Below, piece by piece: positions 13,526 through 26,100 of a DNA stretch of 64,000 nucleotides. Position 1 is the first letter of the stretch. Each line of letters starts with the position of its first letter. Below the pieces are notes generated by a model. It was not told the DNA's origin. It did not search any database and saw nothing but the letters and a program-made list of their open reading frames with translations. The translations under genes were made by a program, and so were the position numbers. This stretch comes from Podarcis tiliguerta (Eukaryota): assembly GCA_965153285.1 (NCBI GenBank), contig OZ229110.1. One strand, given 5' to 3'.

Positions 13526-15234
13526 TACTTGCCTTTCACCTAGAATATTGTAGGCTCTGAAGAATTATTTGACCTTAGAGAGGAATTTAATCCAGTTCCA
13601 TTGAGTAGATGCGTGCCATGGCATCTCACTGGCACCTAGCACTCCTAATTCCACACCGCATTGTTTCCGTCATCTTGCATGCCTTTGGTATCACATCCAG
13701 GTCCCCTGCTGTAATGCAGCCTGTTTCTTTGGCAGCCTACAGAATATGTGACATCTTGGGAAACCTATCAGAGATTTCAGCGAGGACAAACGTTGTGTGA
13801 CTTACAACACATTTGTGTTATCACCGCTGAGAAATGCTGACATTAATCTACAGGCAAAACAGTCGATCCCAACTCTCTGTATCATATATCAAGCAGAAAT
13901 ATGTTTTATTTGCACACAATCCAGTTTCTTGAATACTAGAGGTTTTAAATTCCTGAACTATATGCATGCAAGGATTGATGTGTAATGTTGGTCTTGTAAC
14001 CCCAAGGTATTAGTTATATTAATAAAGTTAGTGCATCTTGTTTATTAATCTATCAAGATTCAATCCCTTTGGGAGCCTAACAATGACATTGTAAGGGGGG
14101 CAAGGGAGAGAAGGTGCCTGCCTGTAGGAAGATAGTGGAAGGCACATTTTTCTTTTTACAATTCGCCAGAAAGTAACTGCACTTTATGATGTACAATCGC
14201 TTCCTGAGAGCATTTCAAAACATAAAAAAAAACAAAAAACCTGTGCAGCCATTGTGGAGGTATTAGCTGGTCTGAGCAGTTGTAAAATGTTAAAGGAAAG
14301 AAGACAGACCTTGAACCTCCTTGTATATATACTACATGCCTTTGTGTATATTATTTGTTTGTTGATTATAAGACTTAATCCACAGATCTATGTTCCGATC
14401 CCTGCGTAGGTGGGGAAAGCATTTTTAGTTTCTTCTAATTTCCCTCTCTCTTTTTAAAATTATGTTGTCAGCCAGTTTGGGTATTTTACTTTAAATGAAA
14501 ATATGTGATGAAATAAACATTTTAATAAATCATAATTTTTTCCTTACCTGCAAAGTGAAATTTATATAAAAAGGGGGGATGAGATGAATATTGTGCCCAC
14601 GCCTCTGCTGTTCTAAAAATGAATCTTCCTTTCATCACCTTAAATCTCCTTTTCCTGCCTAGCATGTCACAACATGGTTCAGGTGGGGCGTTCCCTGTAT
14701 CGTTCCAATTTTAGTAAATGTGCTGCTGAAGCCAGCACTCCACTGGGGTCTTCCACTAGGCTAAGAAACCTTTTGCTAATGCATCCACTTCATGTTTTAA
14801 TCATGTCAGAAGCTTTCTAATATGTATGTGGCAGAAGCAACTGGATTTACCTAGAATCTTTAAGAAATCTAAGCAGTGTGTTTAGCCAGGTGGAGAGACT
14901 TCTCCTCCACTCCAAAGAACAGAGATGGAAAGCGAACAAGATTAGAACAATGTTAAGCCAACTATAACCCAGGCTTTGTTCAGAATGCTGCAAGAGTATT
15001 TTAAAAGTTCACTTGTTTATTACAACTGTAACCTGTCCTACTCATAACATGTCCAGAGCGGCATTTTAGGCTTACAGCAGCCCTGCAGATAAATCAGGCT
15101 GAGAACAAGTGTCTGCTAGCCCACCATTTTTGTGTAATGTTGGATGCAAAGGTTCTGTGCAAATCCATTTTCAGTATTCATATACCGTACTTTGTATATA
15201 AGACATATAAAGCTGCATATGTGAAACTTGAATA

Positions 15235-15675
15235 CAGTGGAACCTCGGGTTACGTACCATCCTCCTTACGAACACTTTGGGTAACGAGCTCCGTTAACCC
15301 GGAAGTAGATGCTCCTGGTTGCAAACTTTGCCCTGGGAGGCAAGCGGAAGTCGCATGGCAGCAGTGGGAGGCCCCATTAGTGAAAGCGAGCCTCATGCAG
15401 CTGCTGGGTGACCTTGGGCCAGTCGCACTTCTTTGAAGTCTCTCAACCCCACTCACCTCACAGAGTGTTTGTTGTGGGGGAGGAAGGGATAGGAGAATGT
15501 TAGCCGCTTTGAGACTCCTTAAAGGGAGTGAAAGGCGAGATATCAAATCCAAACTCTTCTTCTTCTTCTTCTTCTTCTTCTTCTTCTTCTTCTTCTTCTT
15601 CTTCATGTTAAGTACGGTTTCCAGTTAAGAATGGACCTCCACAACGAATTAAGTTCGTAACCGGAGGTACCACTG
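15235..15675. mobile_element. Tc1/mariner (pogo/Tigger-like) MITE, divergent subfamily, interrupted by a SINE
   Basis: TIRs CAGTGGAACCTCGGGTTAC ... GTAACCGGAGGTACCACTG with TA on both sides. Homologous to the copies at 19099, 22685 and 37932. Confidence 0.88.
15398..15602 (+). mobile_element. 5'-truncated MIR/Ther1-related SINE (Squam3-like) with (CTT)16 tail, nested in the MITE
   Basis: CORE-like gctgggtgaccttgggccagtc...ctcacctcacagagtgtttgttgtg, CTT repeats at 15556-15603, flanking tcatg duplication at 15393-15397 and 15603-15607. Family name is from recall. Confidence 0.8.
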
Positions 15676-17602
15676 TAAAAGCTAATTTGTAGAAAGCCTG
15701 TTCTGGACTGCATTTCTCCAGCAGTGAAAATTCAGATGAAGGAGCTATCAGTTTTCCGACATTTGTACACACTGCCTTGCAACAGATTGTTGCTAGGAGC
15801 AAAGTGATATATAGTTTAGTTATTAACTTCACTGTTGAAAAATGAGGGGACTTCAGTTCCCTCTTCCGCAACTCTCCAGCTTCTTTTTTTAAGATGCTGA
15901 AATACTGTCTCTGCCCCAAAGCTATTAGAAAAGGATGCAGAGAGCTTAAGTATTTGAGTGAGGCATTGTTGATTACAGGACAAATCCTTGTGAGTTGCTA
16001 TGGGAGCTTCCTTTGCATGGCCAGGTCCCATGAAACACCAGGGATACCTGTACAGGAACCCAAGAAGTCAGGAGGCTCCCAGGATGGGGCAACATGGGCT
16101 TGGCATGGAAAACAGCCACGGCACCTATGCACCCCACATGGTTCTCGCATACAAACATTGCTTCTGCAACAGAAGACCTTTAACCACTTGGAAGCATCCC
16201 CCATGCAAGAACGGAAACATGAACCAGCCTGAAGATATTTAAAATGCAAGGAGACCGTATCCTGTTTGTTGATAGTGAAACCTCTGAACTCTCGCTGCGC
16301 TTCATATGTTTGCAAACATTCATCTCAAATGGCCTTTAAAAATGAGTTGAAAATGAGTTATATCCCCAGAGCACAGACTTGGCAGACAAACTATAAACAC
16401 TGCTGCTGGGCTGGCTATGAATTGAGCTCATAAGTAGTCTGTGCTAAAGCTGTCTCTTTGCTTTTATACCCTCATCCTTCCTTTTTCTTTTTGCCCCTTT
16501 GTTTGTGTCATTCGTAGCTGAGGATTCTCTACTCATCTGCATATGCAGGCTTTACTGCAAGGAGATGCTTGTATACCGGGGATAAAAATCCTATTGGCCA
16601 TTTCCCTGGAGTCCTAGTCACTGAAGGAGCAGTGTACATGGGAGACAGCTCAGTGGTAGAACACACATGTGATTTGTGTGCAGAAGATGCTGAGTTCAAT
16701 GCCTGACTTCTCCAGGTAGGGCTGAGAAACATGCGTATGTAAAATCCCAGGGAGCGCCTACTAGGCTAGACGATGCTGACCTAGATGGAAAATGGTCTGA
16801 GCCTGTGCAAGGCAGCTTTGTGTGTTTGGTCTGAGCCAAATTTTGCACCTTCGTAGGCTGTAGAAGAGGAGCGCTCACAAGCATGCTGTCAGGTGGATTA
16901 ATGGATTGATCAACCCTTAAAACCTTTTCAGGAGTTCTTGAGTGTCAGGGATAAGGAACTTATGGCTCTCCAGATGTTTCTGGAATACAACATTCCTATC
17001 CCGTCTGTTGGTCATGCTAACTGAGTAGATCAGTAATATACGAGGAGGCTACTTAAAAGGCGGCTTGCTGACCTTTGTAATAATCCTTGGTTAATATGCC
17101 GCTGCAGGAATGTATTGGGTATGTTTTAGGACACGCTCCCACTTTATGTTGAGTGATGGCAAGGTGCAAGATGCCTGACCCTGGTCCCATCAATTCCAGG
17201 GCAAGGACACATCTGTGAGCTGTTTCCAGGCAAGAGCATGGGCTACACGGAGCTATAATCGTCAGACTTTGTAAGGCAGTTGCATCTGCTTCCTGTGAGT
17301 GAACCTAAAGCATGGAGCCTAGCATTGCTCCCGGAAGCCTTTGCAAAGCATTCATCATTGGATGCCCATATGCAAATTCTTCCCTTCAAGTAGAAAGGTT
17401 GAAAGCTATCAAGGTAGATAATTGTTTTATTTATTAAATTTTTATGTTGTAAATTTTTATGTTGTGTTTCACAACATAAAAATGCAAAATGAGAACACAA
17501 AATACATAATAAAACAAAAACTCTCCTCCCAACAAACACAGAGGCCATAGAATGTTAATCAGCCAGATGTGGTATGAATCCAAGGCTTAGGAAAAGCTAA
17601 CC

Positions 17603-17805
17603 CAGAGTTTTCCAAATTGTGTATTGCGCAACACGTTAGTGTGTCGGCTGCAGTGTGTAGGTGCGTCACACAAACACAACCTGCTCCCAGGGCTGGAAAG
17701 GGGTTAGTTTAACCTCCGGTTTGCTAGTAAAACTGAATTACTGTGTCACAAAATGATGCATGTCTAAAAAGTGTGTCACCAACATGTAAAGTTTGGAAAG
17801 CTCTG
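17603..17805. mobile_element. hAT (Charlie-type) non-autonomous element
   Basis: TIRs CAGAGTTTTCCAAA / TTTGGAAAGCTCTG. 8-bp TSD agctaacc / agttaacc (7/8). Confidence 0.88.
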
Positions 17806-19098
17806 AGTTAACCCATCGTGGTGGAGGTACCCATTACTCTGTGTCCGGAGTAAATGCACCCCTGGATTCCTTGATATGATCCATTCTATAACTGAAAGGC
17901 CTGAGGGAATTCTAGAAGGGTCATTGTTGACCAGAAAGCACAGTCCCACCCTGAGCCTTGATTGACTGGGCAAAGTGTGCCATTGGTGTGAGAGCTGATT
18001 GAGAAAATAGATGCACAACTTTTGGATATGTTAGAGAGCGGTACAGCCCCAGATTTAATCTGTGTGTTGAAGGTGGTGGTGATTTCCTAACAACTGTTTG
18101 GGAAACACCAAGTTGTACTAGCTACGTGCCAGTTTCCAGTTGCCTGCTTGAGAGTGCCTTCTTCACAGAAGTTATGTTACATTATTCAGGTAATTAACTG
18201 CCCAGGGCTGCTTGAGACTCTGCCAAAAAGCTCCAGCATTAAGATGCTGCTGAGAGAGTTTCTTGAGTATAAAATGCCCTAATGGAGGAAACAAAACAAT
18301 GTTATAGAGAAGAAGGGTGCTTAATTTATTAGGAATTGGAGAAGGGGTGTGTGTGTATTAGAACGAAGGTGGGAATAAAACAAGACCAGAAGACGTTACC
18401 ATTGAGAACATCAAAAGTATGATTGAAGAGCATTTATTTTAAAAATATTCACATAAAGTGATAGGTGTGAAAAGGGACATTTCGTAGGAATGAATTGGCA
18501 TTTTCAGGTTCCAGAAGCCTACAAAGATAGATGAGAGAAGGTAGGCTGTATGCACACTAATCCATTTGTAACACAAAATGTGTAGTTTTTCTCAACTCTG
18601 AATCATTCATACTTGTTTTCAGCCTGCTGTTTTCAATTTAGATTGATTCTAGATCATGCTGCCCACAAGGGTAGTGTGGTTACTTGATACATCTTTGAAA
18701 ACCATGCATATACCTCAATGAATGAAGAAGGAAGTGGTGATTGTGATCTTAGTATACACTCAACCAAGTGGGGCATTGTGGAGGCTTGGTGGACACACTA
18801 CCCTTTGAAGTTAGGGTCTTCTTGAGCAACTATTTGGAGCTGTTAGGGCATTTTCCTGCTTCAATTTGTGACAGACTGAGTCCTGGGGCTCAATGTGGAC
18901 TGGGAACTTGGCCTTGGCTTCTCAATTTGTTTTTATTTCTAGCCTTCTCCTTCTCAAGGGCTCAGGGCAGAGGACACCAATGATTCATTTTAAAAAAAAT
19001 AAAGGTATCCCCTGCAGATGAAAATTGCCTCCCACCTGCTTAGCTATGGCTGTTGAATGTCAGCCCAAAATGGAAAGTTTTACAATTCTCGTGTAATA

Positions 19099-19318
19099 CA
19101 GTGGTACTTTGGGTTACAGATGCTTCAGGTTACAGACTCTGCTAACCCAGAAATAAGTACCTCAAGTTAAGAACTTTGCTTTAAGATGAGAACAGAAATC
19201 GTGCTGCGGCAGCAGCAGGAGGCCCCCATTAGCTAAAGTGGTGCTTCAGGTTAAGAACAGTTTCAGGTTAAGAACGGACCTCCAGAACTAATTAAGTACT
19301 TAACCCGAGGTACCACTG
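19099..19318. mobile_element. Tc1/mariner (pogo/Tigger-like) MITE
   Basis: CAGTGGTAC... / ...AACCCGAGGTACCACTG TIRs, TA flanks, internal tcaggttaagaac repeats. Confidence 0.9.
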
Positions 19319-22135
19319 TATGTTGGTTCCATTTGGAGGCTGCCATTTCTGATTAGGGTGGTAGAAAAGGAGGCTTCTCTTCCTTTTATAGTTGTGTAGA
19401 AGAGGGAAAGTCTGCAAGGGTAACCTGCCAGGCAAGCTTTTTCTTATGTTAAAAAAAACAAGTCTTCTCATCCCCTACCAGAACTGAAGGGATTATTAAT
19501 TTATGGTGTCATCTTCCAGGGGCTAATTTGTGAGGGATTCTGGGCATGTTTATAGCACTGCACTGTCTCGTTGCAGATGGATGGTGCAGACATGCAGTTA
19601 TACGAGTCTGTAGCTAGTGACCCAGCTCTAAACATATTTACTTTGAAGCAAGTGCCATTGATTTTCAATAGAATTTGCTCTCAGATGAGGTGTTGTTTTT
19701 CCCACGAGGAGCAGAACCTGTTTAGTTATTTTGTTCTTGCCCTTTGAAAAGCTTCTGGCTCAGTTTGGGCAGCTGAGAGTGAGTTTGCTCTTCTTGCCCT
19801 GGTGCCTTGTGACAGCTAAGCTGGGCACACACAGCAAACATCCTCCCTCCTCAATCTGCCCTACTACTGAGAAACGATGAAAATTTAATGCTTGCTTCGC
19901 TTGCTGTGTTCTCTGGGCTAATTCTGTCTTTCCCAAGTACCAGAGGGGCTTGTGCCAGGCAGCCAGAGATGCTAGAGGGAGGAGGATGGAAGAAACTCAG
20001 CAGCGTATCAGGCAGAGCAGCTCAAGCCCCAAAGGCTTCATTAGGGAGGTGCTCCTTGGCAGAAAGGGGCCTGGGAAACAGCAGGAAGACAATTTCTCGA
20101 TCACACAGTGTCCAAGCAAAAATTAGGTGGGAGAGAGAATGCCAAAGTGGTCAGGAGCTGTTCCCAGACAGAGTGGCAGACAGTCTGCCCTCACTCAGCC
20201 AGCAAATGTCAGAAGCGTGTGAAGAAGTACTATCAAGAGGCAGGAGACTGGCAAACTTGAAACAAGCCCACAGACGCCTGTCTGCCCACATGTAATTTTA
20301 GAGAAAAGGACCACGTTTTGTCAAGCTTTCCTGCTTGGTTTCCTGGAGGAGATTCGTGCTTGCCACAGGAGACCAGGTATGTGGCTGTTTACAAGCCTGA
20401 AGACTGGTTTCACTTTATCCGGCAGCACCAGTACATTCATTTATCTTGCATTCTTGAATTCTTGGCATAAGCCAGCCTTGTAAATCTGTGAACTGAAGTT
20501 ACCAGCCTGCAGAACTGTTTACTAGTCATCTGGGGCTAGCAGAGGAGGAATAGAGAGTTCCAACCCTCTTTCAATGGCCTTCTCCGTTCCTATGGTAGGC
20601 ACACTTTGTCCCCTATCTTCCTGCCCCCCCCCATTCTGCTCACTCATCTGTATACCATTCATTGTCTCCAATGAGTACCAGGTGAGTGCTTAAATACAGG
20701 GCTGTCATAAACCTCTCAGTTTCACTGTTCCCTTGTGGACAACATGGTGGCTGTGCTTAACTTCACAAGAGTCTGCAAATGGCAGATTCTGCACATTCAT
20801 TGTGATAATTATCAATGTCTCTGAGCGTTGGGATCCTTAGAAAATATCAGGCACTGAGGACTTGATGACCGTAAAGGACAAGACAAGTTGAATGGATGAA
20901 TGTCTGTCTAGTCCTGTACATACATGCAGCCAATCATCCTTGTTCTTCCCAGAGGATAAAACTAGGGATGCCTTGAGCCTACAGGCAATCATAGAATAGC
21001 ATACAAATCAAGAGCTGCTGTAGGTTTTTCTCACATAATTGCCTCCTGTTTTGTTCCTCGCCCTAATGCTTCATATAGGTGGCCTAGCTACTTTTTAATT
21101 TTAAAGCCCCATTTTCAATTAATTGTACATTTGCCCCTTCTTTTAAAGCAAACAAGTGGAATCATTTCTTTGAAATGTTGAAAAAGCACTTTGGGCAGGA
21201 ACAAATAAATAAGTGATGTCACTGGTTGTGCAAAGATGCAACAAGAAGGGTTTTCCCCAGGAGAGAAGACCACATGTCTGTCCAAAACATGGTGGGGATG
21301 CTTCTAGAGTAGGTTCACTCTTAACGTTATGTAGATCTGGATTGCACCCTTAGGCGCCTCTGGAATTCTAGCCATGATCAGTGAAATATTCCATGATAAG
21401 CAGTGTACCAGCCTTATATAAATCAGGATCTTCTTGACAATTGCATTATTAACACTTTTGCAAAGATGCAACATCTTGAGATATCAAATAAGAAAACTAG
21501 CATGTATGATGAGATACTGACAAAGTGTCCTTTGTTGTGACTGGTGGAACTGGGTGGAACATTCCTTATTCCGCTCCCCCTATTTCAGTCAACAAACAGG
21601 TTCAGTTTCTTTAAAGTCAAGCTGCAGACCCCCATGCAACATGGTAATTAGGAGGATATAGGTTATATTATCTTATCCCGCACATGGAAACCTGTCTCTT
21701 GCCTTTTCATGTTGCTGAGCTTGTTCATCTATTTGCTGCTGACCAGGGCAGACTCAGCAGTGAAGTGATATAAGGACAACACAGCTGATGAAAAGCTCTT
21801 CCATTTGCCTAATTAGCTGAGAAAATTAGAAGCCAGCCAGGGAAATCTGATGTAACTGCGGGGAGTGACAGTGCTAGGCCCAGACAGGGAGTTGAGAATG
21901 CCATTTTCTGGTGCTGCTGCATCATGCTTCACAGACCCAGGAAGGTATAACAGAAAAAATTGTGTTTCAGTGCGACATAACACCAATCACTAAAACCCAT
22001 AGAGATTTCAGTGGGAACTGTCTGTACTTTGTCTGCAGTGATTTTAAAACAAGAGCCTCTTACACCAGGCTGTGCAAGTAGAAAGATTTTGTAATGATTT
22101 TCAGCCTTAGAAGGGATCACTCATATGCCATATCA

Positions 22136-22242
22136 CAAAGGTGGCCAGCCTTCAAGAGATTGCGATCTACTCACAGAGTTAAAAACTGGCAGCGATCTAC
22201 CCCCTTTTGGGGGCTTCAGGTCAAAGTTGTTGAGCACGCCTG
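22136..22242. mobile_element. Minimal 107-bp hAT-type element
   Basis: Perfect 8-bp TSD ccatatca at 22128-22135 and 22243-22250. Imperfect TIRs CAAAGGTGGCCAGC / GTTGAGCACGCCTG. Repeated gcgatctac motif. Confidence 0.75.
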
Positions 22243-22684
22243 CCATATCAGAACTCTTGGCTGGTAAAGTGTCCTGCCTAGCCATGTCCTTTCTTCCACA
22301 GAAGACACACAGGCTGCATTCATGCGTGACGCCCACTTCCTGGCTTGCTGTGATTTATTGTGAACAAGCAGTGATGTCTGACCACTCCCAATTTGGTCCT
22401 CTCTTGGTTCGAGCAGGATAAACAGACCTGGAAGCCACAGTGAAGCTTGGCTTCCCATTACAATCCCAACCAGGGTTTGTGGTGTCTTGCTCCCTGATGA
22501 GCCATGAGCACAAGCCAGCAACCAAAGTCATGGCTTGTTGCTGGCTTACTGAGGAACAACAAACCACTAACCCCTGGTTTAATATAATGGGAAGCCAGCC
22601 TTAGTTGCAGCTCCTTTTTACCAGTTACACCGGGGAGGAATGATTGGGCAATGTGCACGAGCTCGTTCACAGCAAATAACAATG

Positions 22685-22910
22685 CAGTGGTACCTCGGGT
22701 TACATACGCTTCAGGTTACAGACTCCGCTAACCCAGAAATAATACCTCGGGTTAAGAACTTTGCTTCAGGATGAGAACAGAAATTGTGCAGCGGCGGCGC
22801 AGCGGCAGCAGGAGTTCCCATTAGCTAAAGTGGTGCTACAGGTTAAGAACAGTTTCAGGTTGAGAACGGACCTCCAGAACGAATTAAGTTCTTAACCCGA
22901 GGTACCACTG
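22685..22910. mobile_element. Tc1/mariner (pogo/Tigger-like) MITE
   Basis: Perfect 18-bp TIR CAGTGGTACCTCGGGTTA, flanks tg and ta. Highly similar to the 19099 and 37932 copies. Confidence 0.92.
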
Positions 22911-23115
22911 TATGCCGGAAATCTGGCTTATTACATCGAGTCCTGATTCCACATATTTCATAAGTGGTTCAAACTTGTTTTTTTTCTTGTCCAGCTTGGT
23001 CCAGGGCTATAATGCAATTTCTGTGCTTCTCTGTAATCCAGTTGGAGTAGTCCACCTTCCACAGTCCAAAGTTCCTTTTTCAACTGGCCATTTTCACTTT
23101 TCAAATACTGCTCGC

Positions 23116-23157
23116 TCTATCTATCTATCTATCTATCTACCTATCTCTCTCTCTCTA
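23116..23157. repeat. (TATC)n then (TC)n microsatellite
   Basis: Directly visible. Confidence 0.9.
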
Positions 23158-26100
23158 TTTAAAAGACATTTTGTGGGTATTGAGTTCTACTGCAGTGTCA
23201 CTGGATCACTCATTTATTCTTTCTGGACCACCTCAGCCAGTCCTCATCTGATCTCAGTTCTTCTGCCTGGTTGGCTTTCTCTGTACTTCATTTTCTTCCC
23301 GTTTCCACATTGTTACACACTCTCCAGGACTCCTGTTTGCTTGCCAGATCCGCTTTTACTTCTTTTTGTTCAAAGGGCTCTTTGTTCTTCTGCCTTATCC
23401 TTCTCTTCTTCTTTACTTGTATTCTTGTCATCTTAGTTGTGCCCATCAGTCTATGGATTGGATTAATTATTTTGTTTTCCGCCTCCTTCCTTCCCTTCTC
23501 TCTTGCTGTCCCCTTTCCCTGGAACTCATTGCATCAGGCTGTCTGTACCTCTCCCTCTGTTTTAGCATGTGGAAAACCATGAAAACTTATTCTGAGCTGA
23601 TATCATCAGAACTCTGCATACTCTTTTGCTTGAAACCTTTCTCTATTCCTAATTGACTGGGGGGCGGGGGCAGAGTTTGCATGTTATAAGGTGTTTTGTT
23701 TGTTTTTTGTTTATCTGTGGTATTTTGTTGCTTGTTTTTTAGCAGGTGGGAGGAGAATTGGTTAGGTTTTAAGCCTGCAGCAGAATTTGTGCTTTTTAAT
23801 ACAAATATGATGGCAATATTGATGACTGAAACACCCATAAGTGAAGTGACTCTGCTTCTAAAAGCTAACAATAGCTAGCTTCTCTGTGGCAATGGCTGGC
23901 TCCACAAATGTGTTGCAATCCTTTCCCAAGCAGCAGGTTTGCCTAGAAAGATGACTAGTAATGTACTACCGAGCAAGGTGAAGAATCAAATAAGATCTAG
24001 AAAGGATGGAGAATGAGGGCAACCTGATGTGCAAATCCTGGTCCTTCGGGTGTTCTTAAGGTTGAGAAAAAGCACCAGGGAGGGCAAAATGTCACGAGTG
24101 TGCAGGAACAATGGCATCTGAGGAAAATTGAAGGCAAATACAGGAAATTGGTGACTGCTTTGCCATTCCCAAGGTTTGAAGAGGCTGTAGGTGAGCACCT
24201 GTTTTGCATGGATGGGCACATGCTTCATCTAGGAAGCTTTGAAGGTTCTTCATCGAATCATGACATCTTTTCCCTGCTTCTGACATTTATGATTGTACAC
24301 TAAATGTGGGATGAAAATGCAGCATGGAAAGTAGGGTGACCCAAGAAGTAGGAGACAAGACAGCACACCCATATCTTTATTAGTTATTAAAGAGAGTTTG
24401 GGCAGCATATTTAAGAGCAGCATGGAATATTTTTATTTTGCAGTACATAAGGATGAAATACAGGGACTTCCAAGGAACAGGATGGTGGAGAGTGGTCACA
24501 ATAGCCTGAGGGCAGGGTTCAGCTAACTAGCCCTACTCACGGAAGCCCATGCAATGACTTCCACTAGTGCAACAGGCCCTTTCCCCTCTCTTCTCCCTGC
24601 CCACCCCCAAATTAGCTCTGGTGGCGGGTCAAGTGAGCCCTCAGAACAGACCCTGGAAGGGAAGAAAGCAGTGTAGGTTCCATATCTGGCACTGGTGGAG
24701 CAATGGCCACATATTTGTAGACCAGACTTCCTGCACTTGGTGCCCTCCAATTTTTTTGAACTGCTGTCCCCATCATCTTTGACCGTTGGCCATGCTGGCT
24801 GGGTCTGATGAGGGGCCATAGTCCAACAACACCTGGAGGGAGGTGAACTTGGGGATGCTGGTGTCGATTAGAAGAAGATTTTGTCCTTGATTGCTTCCAA
24901 ATCACAAGGCTTGGAGCATGGCAGTACAAAAGGGGTCGCTGTTTCTAGCATGCATTCTTGTCACGCTGGTGGCCCTACTGTAGAAAATAGCTGCAGAAAA
25001 TGTCTTTCCCCCCTGTAGATTTTTGACTGAAATTGCAGCTCTTGCTTCAGTGAGGTGGAAGCTGATGCAATGAGCAGCCCAGCATTGATAAGTTCATCAG
25101 TGGGGGGTGGGAGAAAATGGGGGAAGGGGTAGGTGGGTGGTTGGGAAGGAAGGAAGATTCTCTTATGAATGGACATTGTTTACAGTATTTCCTTTCAAAT
25201 ACCAAAGCGTCTGCCTCTTTGACTTTGTGCTGCATGGTTGATCATTTATTTAGCAAACCTCCCACGCACCCTCAGAATGGGAGACAGAAGCGGGCGAGGA
25301 GGAGGAGGAGGGGTTCACTTTGTAAATTTACATTCTCAGAGGCGGGGGGGGGGGGAAATCTTCTAATTTGTATCTGAAATCTTCCCTCAGTATGATGTGT
25401 CTCCTTTGTTAATTGCAGTGTGAAGTGAGGATTAGGAGTTAAATGTTCTTTTCCTACTGGTGATCAAAATACAAGCCCGAGGGGGCGGCGGGTGGGTGGG
25501 TGTGATTTGCTCAGCGTCCAGTGCTTGGTCCTGATTCTGATTAAAGCACTTACTTTGCAGCATTTAATTCCCATCTTCCCTCCCTTGAGCTGATCTTCAC
25601 AACTCCTCTCTGAGAGACAGTAATTGGCCCTAGACCACCCAGCCGACTTCATGCCTGAGCACAGATTTGAATCCACAGCCTTAGTCTTGACACTCTGAGC
25701 TTTATTCCATGCTGGCTCTGAGCCAGGGTTAAGCACCAGAGCAGAAAAACTAATAACAAAGGGTGCCTTTAGGCATGTGCATAGTCCCTTACCAAATTAT
25801 GTGAGGGGGTGGTGCTATCCCAGATGAAAAATGGGCTCGGCTGTCAAGTGACCTTGAGCTATGTTGCTTCCCCAGGCCTGTTAATATATGCAGTGGTTAA
25901 GTCTTAACACTAGTGGAATGCAAATAGGCATCATTTGCTTGTTAGGTTTAATCTGTCACATTTATGTCCCTGTCTTTCCCTTCTCTGCAGCAGTTGGAAA
26001 GGGGTGATTCAAATAGGGGAAATGATGCAGGGGGAAAGGGGTTAACCCCCTTCCCTAGAGCTGTGGACACAATCCAAGTCAGCCTCTCCCCATAGCTTTT

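Noticed and set aside
15250-15606. Poly-lysine ORF on the minus strand
   Set aside because: It is the reverse complement of the SINE (CTT)n tail plus MITE sequence.
19888-20295. 135-aa intronic ORF
   Set aside because: No homology I can recognise and no supporting exon structure. The length is within chance expectation for 64 kb in six frames.
22912-23656. Overlapping hydrophobic ORFs suggesting a nested membrane protein gene
   Set aside because: Pyrimidine-rich low-complexity sequence crossing a microsatellite, open in several frames, with no recognisable motif.
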